The notes: generated by a model not told the origin, from the letters alone. Counted from the first letter of the stretch, positions 41,088-51,660 are shown. The stretch: DNA of 64,000 nucleotides from an uncultured bacterium (GCA_963726455.1 CAVSCK010000003.1:64001-128000); one strand, 5' to 3'. A program made the numbers and translations.

Positions 41088-41279
41088 CTATCCCAAAATA
41101 GCTTTTTCGTTACACTTACAGATTTCGACGATCTTATCCTTGAACTTCCAGGATTTCTTGTCACTGGAATAAGCAGGATCAACCATCCGCACGGCGTCGA
41201 TGGCGGAATTGCAGATCGGACAAATCTTTACGTGTGCCTTCTTGCTGGCTTTATCGGCGAATGACTGCCTTTTTGCCAT
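41088..41279 (-). CDS. 63-aa basic protein with CxxC...CxC, resembling DUF4295/bL38
   Basis: GGAGGA SD and TTGACT-N16-TATACT promoter (41312-41339); sequence MAKRQSFADK...CPIC...WKFKD...CKC. Confidence 0.75.
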   Translation of the reverse strand: MAKRQSFADKASKKAHVKICPICNSAIDAVRMVDPAYSSDKKSWKFKDKIVEICKCNEKAILG

Positions 41280-41407
41280 GTTATGGTCCTCCTAGAAAAA
41301 TACCAGCCTTAAGTATACGAAAGTTACCGGCCAAGTCAAGCAAGTATGTATCGGTACCGGGGAAAATATGTGTTGAAATTCAGGTTCTCAAGCCCAAGCG
41401 GCACAGT

Positions 41408-42445
41408 CTATTCAGAGATTCCGAGCTTCTTTTTCAGATCCTCGACGTCCGCTTGCAGCTTCTTGACCAACTCCATTCGCTGTGGCAAACGGTGAACGGC
41501 GGCCTCGATTCGCTTGAAATCCATGAATTCGCGCGCCGGCGAACCCGCGTAAATCTTTCCGCCGTCAAGCGATTTGGGCACACCTGCCTGAGCGATTACT
41601 ACGGCGTGGTCGCCAATCTCGATGTGACCGATCAGACCGACTTGTCCCGCCAGGGTCACATACTCGCCGAGTTTCGTGGAGCCAGAGATGCCAACTTGCG
41701 AGATGATAATGCAGCGACGGCCAATTATGACGTTATGGGCGACCTGAACGAGGTTGTCAATTTTGGTGCCCTCCCCTATCACGGTCTCGGACAGGGCAGC
41801 ACGATCGACCGAACAGTTCGAACCGATTTCGACATTGTCCTCAATACGCACGATACCGACCTGATAGATTTTGTGATGCACTCCGTCGTGCAACGCATAG
41901 CCAAAACCGTCGGAGCCGATGACAGTACCGGCATGAATTGCCACGTTGTTACCGAGGATACAGCGGTCGTAGATTGTGACGTTGGGATAGAGCAGGCAAT
42001 CGGAACCGACAGTAACACCCGCACCGATGGTCACGCCCTTCATGATTTTGGTGTTGTCGCCGATGACGGCGCCATCTCCCACCTCGACGAAGTTGCCGAT
42101 GTGAACATTCGCGCCGATCTTGGCAGAGGGTGAGATGACAGCGGTTTCGGCGATACCGGGTTTGAGGTGGCTGCCCGGTTTTGGGAAAAAGAGTGTCAGC
42201 GCCTGGGAAAAGGCGAAATAGGGATCAGGATGGATCAGCAGATTTACGCGCGGCGACTCCGGAGCTTTGCCGATGATAACGGCGCCCGCCTTGGTAGTAT
42301 TGAGATAATGGGCATAGTGCGGGTTGGCGACAAATGCCATTTCGGTGGAATCGGCATTTTCGATCGTATTGAGACGGCGAATATCGACATCGCCATCTCC
42401 GATAAGGTTAGCCCCGAGCCGTTCGGCTATTTCCTTTAGTTTCAT
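41408..42445 (-). CDS. lpxD: UDP-3-O-acylglucosamine N-acyltransferase
   Basis: Hexapeptide repeats, IGSDGFGYA, KIDNLVQVAHN. Confidence 0.97.
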   Translation of the reverse strand: MKLKEIAERLGANLIGDGDVDIRRLNTIENADSTEMAFVANPHYAHYLNTTKAGAVIIGKAPESPRVNLLIHPDPYFAFSQALTLFFPKPGSHLKPGIAETAVISPSAKIGANVHIGNFVEVGDGAVIGDNTKIMKGVTIGAGVTVGSDCLLYPNVTIYDRCILGNNVAIHAGTVIGSDGFGYALHDGVHHKIYQVGIVRIEDNVEIGSNCSVDRAALSETVIGEGTKIDNLVQVAHNVIIGRRCIIISQVGISGSTKLGEYVTLAGQVGLIGHIEIGDHAVVIAQAGVPKSLDGGKIYAGSPAREFMDFKRIEAAVHRLPQRMELVKKLQADVEDLKKKLGISE

Positions 42446-42448
42446 CCC

Positions 42449-42982
42449 CTACTGCGTTTTTTCGAGTTCTTCCAGTACCTTGTCGGTGATTTCCAGATCC
42501 TTCTTTCCGTAGGCGATATTGCCGTTGACAGTGTCGAGAATGAGCGCGTAACCTTCGGCAATGGCAATCTTCTCCAGCACGGCGTTAATCTTATCCAGAA
42601 GCGGTTTGGTCAATTCGGCATTGCGTTTTTCGGCACGGCCATCGGGGCCAAAGATGTCGTTAGCCATCTTCTGCCAGACGTCCTTCTTCTGTTCAATTTC
42701 AGATTCCTTTTCTTTCTTCTTGGTGTCGGAAAGAATCAGCGCCTGCTTATTCAAGTCGGCTTCCAGAGAGTCGATTTCTTTCTTGCCCTTTTCAACCTCC
42801 GCATTCCACTGGTCGACTTCCTTGTTGAATTGGGCCTGAGCGTCCTGGAATTCCTTGTAGTCGAGGCGAATACGGTACGAGTCTATGTAGACTATCTTCT
42901 CCTGCGCCTGCGCGGTGTATGGCAGCGCGAACAACGCCAGGACCAATATAGGCAGGGCTCTCACGAAAATGTTCTTCATCAT
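42449..42982 (-). CDS. skp: OmpH/Skp periplasmic chaperone
   Basis: Signal peptide, KIVYID, long coiled coil, EITDKVL; located between bamA and lpxD. Confidence 0.92.
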   Translation of the reverse strand: MMKNIFVRALPILVLALFALPYTAQAQEKIVYIDSYRIRLDYKEFQDAQAQFNKEVDQWNAEVEKGKKEIDSLEADLNKQALILSDTKKKEKESEIEQKKDVWQKMANDIFGPDGRAEKRNAELTKPLLDKINAVLEKIAIAEGYALILDTVNGNIAYGKKDLEITDKVLEELEKTQ

Positions 42983-43004
42983 AATCCTCCGTTATTATCC
43001 CAAA

Positions 43005-45323
43005 CTAGAAACTGGCTCCAAATTGAAAGTGCGGTTTCCAGCCCGCATTACCCGGGCGATTGTAACCATATCCAAAGTCGAAACCGACGGTGCCTACTCC
43101 CGGAATATTTATCCGAAATCCGGCGCCGACCGATTTCTTCAAACCATCAGTCTTGTCCAAGTCGAAAGGTTTGATTGCCCTGCCTGACAGCCAGGCGTTA
43201 CCGGCATCAGCGAAGATCAAACCGTAAATTGTTTGCGGCACGATAGGCGCCTGCAATTCGACGTTGTAAATCAATTCCGAGCGACCGCGAAGATATGCGC
43301 CTGAGGGCGTAACCGGGCCGACGGTATAATCGTCGTAGCCACGGATAGTGCCGTCCGGAGCGATGCCGCCGGGTGCGAATCTTTCGGTAAACGGAATCTT
43401 TGAATCTCCTTTGGGAGAGTCGACCACGCCCACCCGGACTTTGGTGGCGAGTACGAGCTTCCACCAAATCCGCTGATACTTGGCGGCATCGAAGACATGC
43501 TTGTGGTATTGCCAGTTGCCGCCCAGGGGACCGCCGGAATATTCCGAATTGAGAGTGATAAGAGAGCCGGCCGTTGCGAATTGCGACAAGTCGCGGGAAT
43601 CACGCGTAATCGTGATGCCAGCTACCGACGTCGTCTGCCAGACATTGTCGATTGTCAGGAGACTGAAAGGATCGGTGGCGTAACGCAGGCGATAGACATC
43701 GTTGAAGTCAAAATACTTGGTCTCTTCGAGAGTATAGCGCAAGGAGACACGGAAGTAGTCGTCCGGCCATCTGAGCCGTCTGCCCAGACTGAGGCCCATA
43801 CCGCGGCTCTCCTCGGAGAACTGCTCGTCGGCATAAGCTTGCACTCGGGTGACGTCAAAAACGTCAACGCCGAACGAAGTCGGCCGGTCGAACATCCAGG
43901 GTTCGGTGAATGATAATGAAATCGAATTCGTACTCGCTCCGAACGCCCAGTCGATGCTCACGTTTTGTCCATTGCCGCGGAAATTGGGAATACCAAGTCC
44001 GAGAGTGCCTACCAGTTTATCCTGCCCCGAGTATCCCGCGCCGGCCTGGATTTGACCGGTGGGTTTTTCCTCGACCTTGACGACGAGGTCAATATCGCCG
44101 TTGGGAAGATACTTCAGGTCAGGAACGGTCTTTTCCGGATTGAAGTAATTCAGCACCATGATATTGCGCATCGAGCGCATCAAGAGGGAGCGTCGGAAGA
44201 TATCGCCCGGCCGGGAGAACAATTCGCGGCGAATGACTTTTTCTTTGGTTTTGGTGTTACCCTCGACCAGAACCTTGTCGATGTGGGCCGGCATGCCTTC
44301 GGAAATATCGAATGCGATCTGCTTGGTGGAATCGACGGTCTGCTGGTTATCGACGATGCGAGCGTGAATGTAGCCCTCGTCCTGATAAGCGGTATATAGA
44401 TTGGTCATGGACTCTTCGAACTTCTCGGAGTTGAAGACGTCGCCCTTCCTGAACTTGAGTTGTTTGCGCAGAAAGTCGGCTTTGAATTTGTCGTTGCCGG
44501 TGAAACTGACATCGCCGAAGTAGTACAAGCTGCCCTCGGCGACACGAAGCAAGAGTTCGAGTCCCTTATTATCGGGCAGGACAATGATGGAATCGCTGAC
44601 TACGGACGCGTCGACGTAACCATTCTTGTGATAGAAGGCGGCAATCTTCTCTTTGTCTTCTTCAAATTCGTCCTGCTTGAACGTGCCGGAGCGCAGGAGA
44701 CCGCCCGGTTTGCTTTTCATCTGGCCGCGCAACTTGTCGGCGCTGAAAACCTGGTTTCCCTCGAAACGGACGTCGTGGACTTTGATCTTGGAATTTTCGT
44801 CGACTTTCAAAGTTAAGTCGATTGTACCGTCGGCAAGGGTGTCCGTTATCGGCTTCACGCTGGCGAGAAAGTAACCTTCTTTACGATACAGATCTTTAAT
44901 GGCCTCGATACTGCTTTGAATGCGATTGGGGCCTGCGGGCTGGTTCTCGAAGACGGATAGCTTGGATTTGATATCATCATACTTGATGTGCTTGTTACCT
45001 TCGACCTTGAGCGTCTTAACTCTGGGGAATTCCTTGACGATGATTTTGAGTCGCATCCCGCCACCGGCGTACTCTCCGTCGATGGCGACGTCGGAGAAAA
45101 GGCCGAGCGCGTAGATTTGGCGGATGGCCTGGGGGATTGTAGTCGACGAGAGTGTGATGCCGGGCTGCAGGCCGGACACTGACAGGATCAGAGAGGTTTC
45201 GGCACCCTTGTTGCCTTCGACCTCGACCGTGGTGACCTGATAAGCTTGTCCCAGGGCACGAGAGCCGCCGGCAAGCAAAAGCAGCGAGAGTAAAATTAAC
45301 TGCGCTGCTTTGATTCTATACAT
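43005..45323 (-). CDS. bamA: Outer membrane protein assembly factor BamA
   Basis: POTRA repeats (VEGN), IRGY loop, C-terminal FQFGASF. Confidence 0.96.
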   Translation of the reverse strand: MYRIKAAQLILLSLLLLAGGSRALGQAYQVTTVEVEGNKGAETSLILSVSGLQPGITLSSTTIPQAIRQIYALGLFSDVAIDGEYAGGGMRLKIIVKEFPRVKTLKVEGNKHIKYDDIKSKLSVFENQPAGPNRIQSSIEAIKDLYRKEGYFLASVKPITDTLADGTIDLTLKVDENSKIKVHDVRFEGNQVFSADKLRGQMKSKPGGLLRSGTFKQDEFEEDKEKIAAFYHKNGYVDASVVSDSIIVLPDNKGLELLLRVAEGSLYYFGDVSFTGNDKFKADFLRKQLKFRKGDVFNSEKFEESMTNLYTAYQDEGYIHARIVDNQQTVDSTKQIAFDISEGMPAHIDKVLVEGNTKTKEKVIRRELFSRPGDIFRRSLLMRSMRNIMVLNYFNPEKTVPDLKYLPNGDIDLVVKVEEKPTGQIQAGAGYSGQDKLVGTLGLGIPNFRGNGQNVSIDWAFGASTNSISLSFTEPWMFDRPTSFGVDVFDVTRVQAYADEQFSEESRGMGLSLGRRLRWPDDYFRVSLRYTLEETKYFDFNDVYRLRYATDPFSLLTIDNVWQTTSVAGITITRDSRDLSQFATAGSLITLNSEYSGGPLGGNWQYHKHVFDAAKYQRIWWKLVLATKVRVGVVDSPKGDSKIPFTERFAPGGIAPDGTIRGYDDYTVGPVTPSGAYLRGRSELIYNVELQAPIVPQTIYGLIFADAGNAWLSGRAIKPFDLDKTDGLKKSVGAGFRINIPGVGTVGFDFGYGYNRPGNAGWKPHFQFGASF

Positions 45324-45336
45324 TCGATAGTATCTT

Positions 45337-45645
45337 TCAGACGACGATCTTCTCGATCTTGAGCTCAGTAAAGTCCTGGCGATGCCCGCGCTTGAGATAA
45401 TAGTCAGTGCGCTTCTTCTTCTTGAAAATGATTGCCTTCTCGCTTTTGCCCTGGCTGACGACGATTGTTTGAACCTTGGCGCCTTCAACGACCGGCTTTC
45501 CGACGCGGGTCTCTTCCCCACACACCATGAGCACACGCTCCAGTTCATAGCTTCCGCCCGGTTGACCGACTAGCATCGGGACTTTGATCTTGTCGCCCTC
45601 TTCCACTCGGAATTGAAGGCCGCCGGTTTCGACAATTGCATACAT
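45337..45645 (-). CDS. rplU: 50S ribosomal protein L21
   Basis: MYAIVETGGLQFRV...GHRQDFT; promoter TTGACA-N16-TATCAT at 45687-45714. Confidence 0.97.
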   Translation of the reverse strand: MYAIVETGGLQFRVEEGDKIKVPMLVGQPGGSYELERVLMVCGEETRVGKPVVEGAKVQTIVVSQGKSEKAIIFKKKKRTDYYLKRGHRQDFTELKIEKIVV

Positions 45646-45803
45646 ACGACTGTTACTCCTTTGGAAAAACAACAAATTAGCTTGATATGATAGCTCAGAA
45701 GGCGGTGATGTCAAGCACTATTTGCCGCTCATGCGCTCTTAACAGCCTATGACTCTTAAACATACACTGCTCAAGAAGTTCCAAAAAAGGTTTTCGAGGG
45801 CGA

Positions 45804-45831
45804 TTGACGGCTGAGGCATTAATGTTACATT
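45804..45831 (+). promoter_or_regulatory. Promoter TTGACG-N16-(TGn)TACATT, 5 nt before the uvrB ATG
   Basis: Extended -10 at 45823-45831; ATG at 45837; no SD. Confidence 0.5.
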
Positions 45832-45836
45832 GCGGC

Positions 45837-47837
45837 ATGGCGGAATTCAACCTGGTGTCAAAGTACGAACCGAGGGGCGATCAACCGGCGGCTATTGCCA
45901 AGCTGACCGATGGCGTGATCAAAGGGGACAAATACCAGACGCTTTTGGGTGTGACCGGTTCGGGCAAGACGTTTACGATGGCGAATGTTATTCGGAATAT
46001 CGGTAGACCAACGTTGATCATCTCGCATAACAAGACCCTGGCGGCGCAACTTTACGGCGAGTTCAAGGCGTACTTCCCGGACAATGCGGTCGAATTCTTT
46101 ATCAGCTACTACGACTACTACCAGCCGGAGGCCTATATGCCGTCAACGGATACTTATATCGAGAAGGATACGTCGATCAATGAGAACATCGATCGCTTGC
46201 GACTGCGGGCGACAAGTTCGCTCCTGGAACGCGACGACGTCGTAATCGTGGCGTCAGTGTCGTGTATCTACGGCATCGGTTCACCGTCGGAATACAAGAG
46301 CATGTTGGTTACGTTAGGATCGGCGACGAGTTCGAGCGCAACAAGATTCTGCGGAGACTGATAGAAATACAATACACGCGCAATGACATCGATTTCTCAC
46401 GGGGTCATTTCCGGGTACGCGGGGATACGATCGAAGTGTTCCCTGCCTATGAAGTGAACGGCGTTAGAATCGAGATGTTCGGAGATACCATCGAGCGTAT
46501 CCGGACTTTCGATCCGTTGACGGGTGAAGTGCAAAAGGAAATTGAACGCATTGCGATCTATCCGGCGCGCCATTTCGTTACGGCGAATGCGACGGTGAAG
46601 CGCGCGGTTGTCGGTATCGAGGAAGAGCTGCGTGAGCGACTGGCATGGTTTCGGGAGAATAACAAACTGCTGGAGGCGCAGCGGCTGGAATCGCGCACCC
46701 ATTACGACCTCGAGATGCTGAAGGAAATCGGCTATTGCTCCGGGATCGAGAATTATTCGCGCTATTTCTCCGGACGGGCGCCCGGCGAGCGACCATATAC
46801 GCTGATCGACTTCTTCCCACCGGACTTCCTGCTGATCATCGATGAGTCCCACCAGTCGATTCCGCAGATTAAAGGAATGTATGCGGGAGATCGGTCGCGC
46901 AAGGAAGTGTTGGTGGAGCATGGTTTCCGGCTGCCGTCGGCGATGGATAACCGCCCGTTGGTCTACGATGAATTCATACAGTTGATCCCGCAAACAATTT
47001 ACGCCTCGGCTACGCCGGGTGATCTGGAACTGCAGAATTCGGAGGGTGTGGTGGTGGAACAGATTATCCGTCCGACTGGCCTGATCGATCCGCACATAAC
47101 ATTGAGGCCTGTTGAAGGGCAGATTGATGATTTAATCAAAGAGATTCGCCTGCGAGCATCCGCGCACGAGAGAGTCCTGGTGACAACCCTGACGAAGAGA
47201 ATGGCGGAGGATCTGGCAGACTACCTGGGACGACTGAATGTGCGAGTGCGATATCTGCATTCCGAAATCGACACGATCGAACGAACAGAGATTTTGCGCG
47301 ACTTGCGGCTGGCGGAATTCGATGTGCTGGTCGGTATCAACCTATTGCGGGAAGGATTGGACTTGCCCGAAGTGTCGCTCGTGGCGATACTGGATGCCGA
47401 CAAGGAAGGATTCCTGCGATCGGAGCGATCGCTGATGCAGACTGCCGGACGGGCGGCGCGCAATGTCGAAGGCGAAGTAATCATGTACGCCGAGACGAGT
47501 CACGGAATCCATGCGGAAAATGATTGCCGAAACCAATCGCCGTCGCCAGATTCAGATGGAATACAATCAGCAGCATGGAATCGTGCCGGAGACCGTGTTT
47601 AAGACGCGCGAGGAGATCCTGCAAGCCACCCAGTTTGCGGACAGCAAGGCCGCGGAAGAGGTTGAGTCGTTGTTGCCCGACTTCTTCGAGGCCATGACTA
47701 CCGAAGATAAGGTGGCATTTCTGACGCAGCAGATGGAAGGGGCAGCCAAAGATCTGGAATTTGAACGCGCCGCCGATCTACGCGACCAAATCAAGAAGTT
47801 GAAAGACGACGCAAAACGCAAAAAGGTGAGACGCTAG
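45837..47837 (+). CDS. uvrB: Excinuclease ABC subunit B, two frameshifts (about 46310 and 47495)
   Basis: [43 protein letters not shown] and a C-terminal UVR domain (FERAADLRD), spread over three ORFs. Confidence 0.95.
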
Positions 47838-47894
47838 GCGGCTGAACAATTCGGCGCGGCGGCCGTCTAAACATTGAGTGATAGAGGTGTATTC

Positions 47895-48869
47895 ATGACG
47901 TATAAGAAGATTCTGATTTTACCTGCCATCGCGTTGATCGCCGCGGTCGCGGTGATGAGTTGCAACAAAAAGGTAAATGATTTCGAACGCACTGATCTCT
48001 ACCAGATATCACAGTTGCTTAATAATGATCAGGTGGCCACGTCGATCTATCCGGCGGTGTGGCTGGATACGATAAGCCGCGCGCCGCAGGCACCGAAGGT
48101 GGCTTCGGGCGCAGGCACGATTACTCCTGACGATTACTGGGTGGATGTCATCGCCCATAGCCGATCGATTCCAACAGCGAATGATTCGTGCCGTCCGGAT
48201 GATCTTAATCAGGACAATCCCTGCGCTGAGATTCAGATTGAGGGCAACGGCAGGGCGCACGTGCGTACGGCGAAGATGCGCGACTCACTGGTTTGCCGGT
48301 ATAATATCATCAATGCGCTCGATCACTCGGTCACTACGAAGAATGTGACTTTCGTCGGCAACTACTGGGCGATGATGGCCAAATTAAACAGCGATAATTC
48401 CGCCTATCGCGGCTGGTCGCTTTACGCCGTCGGCGCTCAGTGGCAACATGTTTCGATGAACACGCAAGCTCCGATCATTGACTCAGTGGTGCTAAAGTGG
48501 GCAGACCAGCGATTCGTGACTTACGGTAATCCATCACGTCATCGCTACTTGCCACTAAAGAACTTTCCTCACATTCCTCCGGGGGAATACATTGATATCG
48601 AAGTGTATGCGCCGGGATTAGATCCGGATCTGAGGCCACAGGACGGATACATTCATTACTCCGTCAATGGCGTGATGAGACGCGACGTAATGGACACCTA
48701 TGGGGACGGTGTGTTCACGTATGACGCGCTGGTCGAAAGATCGGGGGCGACGGTCGGCACCTGCAGCCAGATTGTGATCGAGGTTTTTGATCCGCAGTCA
48801 TTGCGGGATACGAATGCCGGTTTGTTTGGAGACGCAATAATAGCGGTTTCGTACCGAATCGCCGAGTGA
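47895..48869 (+). CDS. Hypothetical lipoprotein
   Basis: GAGG SD and lipobox AVMSC; no recognisable family. Confidence 0.7.
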   Translation: MTYKKILILPAIALIAAVAVMSCNKKVNDFERTDLYQISQLLNNDQVATSIYPAVWLDTISRAPQAPKVASGAGTITPDDYWVDVIAHSRSIPTANDSCRPDDLNQDNPCAEIQIEGNGRAHVRTAKMRDSLVCRYNIINALDHSVTTKNVTFVGNYWAMMAKLNSDNSAYRGWSLYAVGAQWQHVSMNTQAPIIDSVVLKWADQRFVTYGNPSRHRYLPLKNFPHIPPGEYIDIEVYAPGLDPDLRPQDGYIHYSVNGVMRRDVMDTYGDGVFTYDALVERSGATVGTCSQIVIEVFDPQSLRDTNAGLFGDAIIAVSYRIAE

Positions 48870-48886
48870 TACGGGCGAACACAGTT

Positions 48887-50254
48887 CTACATCAAGGCCA
48901 GCTTGGGCAGCTCCTGTAGTTTCTCAAGTCCGATCAACTGCACGCCGTTTTGCGGCTTAAGACCACGCAGGTTCTTGCGGGGCAGGATAATCCTCTGAAA
49001 ACCCAGTTTTATTGCCTCGGCAACGCGCCGTTCGGCATAAGGAACGGCTCTAACTTCGCCGGAGAGGCCGATCTCACCAATCATGACGGTCTGTGGCTGC
49101 ACAGGGATATCCTCGACCGACGAGATAAGAGCGGCGATTAGCCCAAGATCAAGAGCGGGGTCATCGATCTTGAGTCCACCGGCGAGATTGACGAAAACGT
49201 CACGTTGGCCGAAGGGAATTCGTTGGCGCTTTTCTAAGATCGCCAGCATAAGGGCGAGTCGTTTCGAATCGTAGCCGGACGACACTCGCTGGGGAAATCC
49301 GAAATTGGTCTGGGTCGCCAGCGCCTGGATTTCGAGCAGCAGAGGTCGCTGGCCTTCGACGGCCGTGACAACCGCGCGGCCGGGAATGTCATCGGGATAT
49401 TCATTCAGGAAGAGCTCCGAAGGATTGCCCACCGCAAAGAGGCCTTCCTCGCCGATTTGGAAGATGCCTATTTCAGAGGCAGGCCCGAAGCGATTCTTTT
49501 TCACGCGCAGCAGGCGGAACCAGTTGTGGCTTTCGCCCTCGAAATAAAGAACCACGTCCACGAGATGTTCGAGGATTTTGGGACCGGCAATGGCGCCATC
49601 TTTGGTGATATGACCGATCAGGATGAGCAGCATTTCGCTGCGTTTGCAGAATTCAACTAATTCGGCGGAAGTGGAACGAATCTGGCTGACGGTGCCGGGA
49701 GCGGATTCCAGATCGGGATCGTAGAGGGTCTGGACGGAATCGATGACTACCGCAGAGGGTTTGACTTTGTCGATCAGCGAATAAATCTGCGGCAATTCGC
49801 GGACGGCGGCAACCTGCAGGAGTTCGTTTTTGATGCCGATGCGCTTGCCACGCATACCGACCTGCTGGGCCGACTCCTCGCCGGTCAGATAGAGCGCCGA
49901 TAAATTTTGTTGAGCTAGACCGCCGGCGACCTGCAACATGAGCGTTGACTTTCCTATGCCGGGTTCGCCGCCGATCAGGATTGACGAATCGGGCACGATG
50001 CCACCGCCGAGCAACTGATCGAATTCCTCCAGACCGCAACGGATCATCGGCTGTGGCTGTGAATGGCAGTAGTTGATCGGGGTCGCTTCAATGTCTGTGG
50101 CAACTCCCCTGCTCTTGGGTTTGGGGATGCTGATCTTCTCTTCGACGATCGTGTTCCATTCGCCGCAATCGGGGCATTTGCCTATCCAACGCGAGAAACT
50201 ACGTCCGCAGGCAGAGCAGACATAAATGGTTTTGTCGCCGGATTTGGTGGTCAT
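48887..50254 (-). CDS. radA: DNA repair protein RadA/Sms
   Basis: C4 zinc finger, GEPGIGKST, KNRFG, Lon-like C-terminus. Confidence 0.97.
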   Translation of the reverse strand: MTTKSGDKTIYVCSACGRSFSRWIGKCPDCGEWNTIVEEKISIPKPKSRGVATDIEATPINYCHSQPQPMIRCGLEEFDQLLGGGIVPDSSILIGGEPGIGKSTLMLQVAGGLAQQNLSALYLTGEESAQQVGMRGKRIGIKNELLQVAAVRELPQIYSLIDKVKPSAVVIDSVQTLYDPDLESAPGTVSQIRSTSAELVEFCKRSEMLLILIGHITKDGAIAGPKILEHLVDVVLYFEGESHNWFRLLRVKKNRFGPASEIGIFQIGEEGLFAVGNPSELFLNEYPDDIPGRAVVTAVEGQRPLLLEIQALATQTNFGFPQRVSSGYDSKRLALMLAILEKRQRIPFGQRDVFVNLAGGLKIDDPALDLGLIAALISSVEDIPVQPQTVMIGEIGLSGEVRAVPYAERRVAEAIKLGFQRIILPRKNLRGLKPQNGVQLIGLEKLQELPKLALM

Positions 50255-50265
50255 GGATAAGCGCC

Positions 50266-51660
50266 CTAGAACGGAACGTTGGGATAAGCGGTGTCGCTAC
50301 GAACCGATTCGCGGTTTTCGAAACGAATGTATTCGTCAATAAAGGTCAATTTGATGGTGCCGGTGGGGCCGTTACGCTGCTTGGCGACGATGATTTCCGC
50401 CAGCTTTTCCTCATCGGTGCCTTTTATCTCTTCACGTTCTTCCTCGCTGAGTTTGTATGCCGAGGGACGGTACACGAACATGACGACGTCGGCATCCTGT
50501 TCGATGGCGCCCGATTCACGCAGGTCGGCAAGGATCGGACGTTTTTCGCCGCCACGGGTTTCGACCTGGCGAGACAACTGGCTGCAGGCGATGACGGGGA
50601 TATTCAGTTCCTTGGAGAGACCTTTGAGCGATCGACTGATCAAGGAGATTTCCTGCTGGCGGTTTTCGATGCGCTCGCCGGCATTCATGAGCTGCAAGTA
50701 ATCTACCACTACGAGACCAATATCGAATTGGCTCTTAAGAAGCCGCGCCTTGGTACGCAAATCCCAGACAGTCATGGTTGCCGAGTCATCGAGATAGATC
50801 GGCGATTCAGCCAATGGGCCGGCGGCGATATTAAGATTCGTCCATTCATGGTCGCGCAGACGCCCGGTGCGCAGGCGATGCGAATCAACCCGCGCGCGCG
50901 AGGCGAGCAAACGCTGAACAATTTGTTCCGAGGACATTTCCAACGAGAAGATAACCACTGGTTTTGCCTGCTCGACGGCGACATTTTCGACAATGCGCAG
51001 TGCAAAAGCGGTCTTACCCATACCGGGACGGCCGGCAACGACGATGAATTCGCCACCGTGCATGCCGGCGGTCAGAACATCAAGGTCAGTCAGTCCGGTA
51101 GCCAGACCAGTCACCTGGCCTTTGAGTTTTTCGAGCTCCTCCATCTTGCTGAAGGTTGCCGGCAGCAAATCCTTGATCTGCTCGTAGCCCTTGTCGGAGC
51201 GGCGCGTGGAGATCTCGAATACTTTGCTTTCGACTTCGTCGAGCAACTCCTTGACCTCTCCCTCCTGCCGCTGGGCTTTGCTGTATATGTTCGAAGCCAG
51301 ATTCATCAGGCGACGGAGGATCGCCTTTTCCTTGATGATTTCGGCGTAACGCTCGCAATTGGCGGCGGAATAGACATTTTCCGTAAGCTCGACCAGGTAA
51401 GCCCGGCCACCGATGTTGTCGAGTTGGGTTAACGTAATCAGTTTGTCCGTAACGGTGACAAGATCGGCGGGCGTGTTTTGCTCGAAGAGGGCGACAATGG
51501 CCTCGAAGACGGCGCCGTGGCGGCGCTCGTAGAAATCCTCGCTGGAGATCAGCGTGCAGACATTGGGAATGTACGAGTTGTCGATGAGCAGCGCCCCCAG
51601 GAGGGACACTTCCGCCTGGCGATCTTGCGGCGGTACCCTATCGTTAAATGATTCGTCCAT
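50266..51660 (-). CDS. dnaB: Replicative DNA helicase
   Basis: GRPGMGKT, SLEM, DYLQL, DLRESGAIEQDAD, KQRNGPTG; no intein. Confidence 0.98.
   Translation of the reverse strand: MDESFNDRVPPQDRQAEVSLLGALLIDNSYIPNVCTLISSEDFYERRHGAVFEAIVALFEQNTPADLVTVTDKLITLTQLDNIGGRAYLVELTENVYSAANCERYAEIIKEKAILRRLMNLASNIYSKAQRQEGEVKELLDEVESKVFEISTRRSDKGYEQIKDLLPATFSKMEELEKLKGQVTGLATGLTDLDVLTAGMHGGEFIVVAGRPGMGKTAFALRIVENVAVEQAKPVVIFSLEMSSEQIVQRLLASRARVDSHRLRTGRLRDHEWTNLNIAAGPLAESPIYLDDSATMTVWDLRTKARLLKSQFDIGLVVVDYLQLMNAGERIENRQQEISLISRSLKGLSKELNIPVIACSQLSRQVETRGGEKRPILADLRESGAIEQDADVVMFVYRPSAYKLSEEEREEIKGTDEEKLAEIIVAKQRNGPTGTIKLTFIDEYIRFENRESVRSDTAYPNVPF

Noticed and set aside
45837-47837. Programmed ribosomal frameshifting in uvrB or coaBC
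   Set aside because: There are no slippery heptamers or stimulatory structures, and indels are scattered across unrelated genes.
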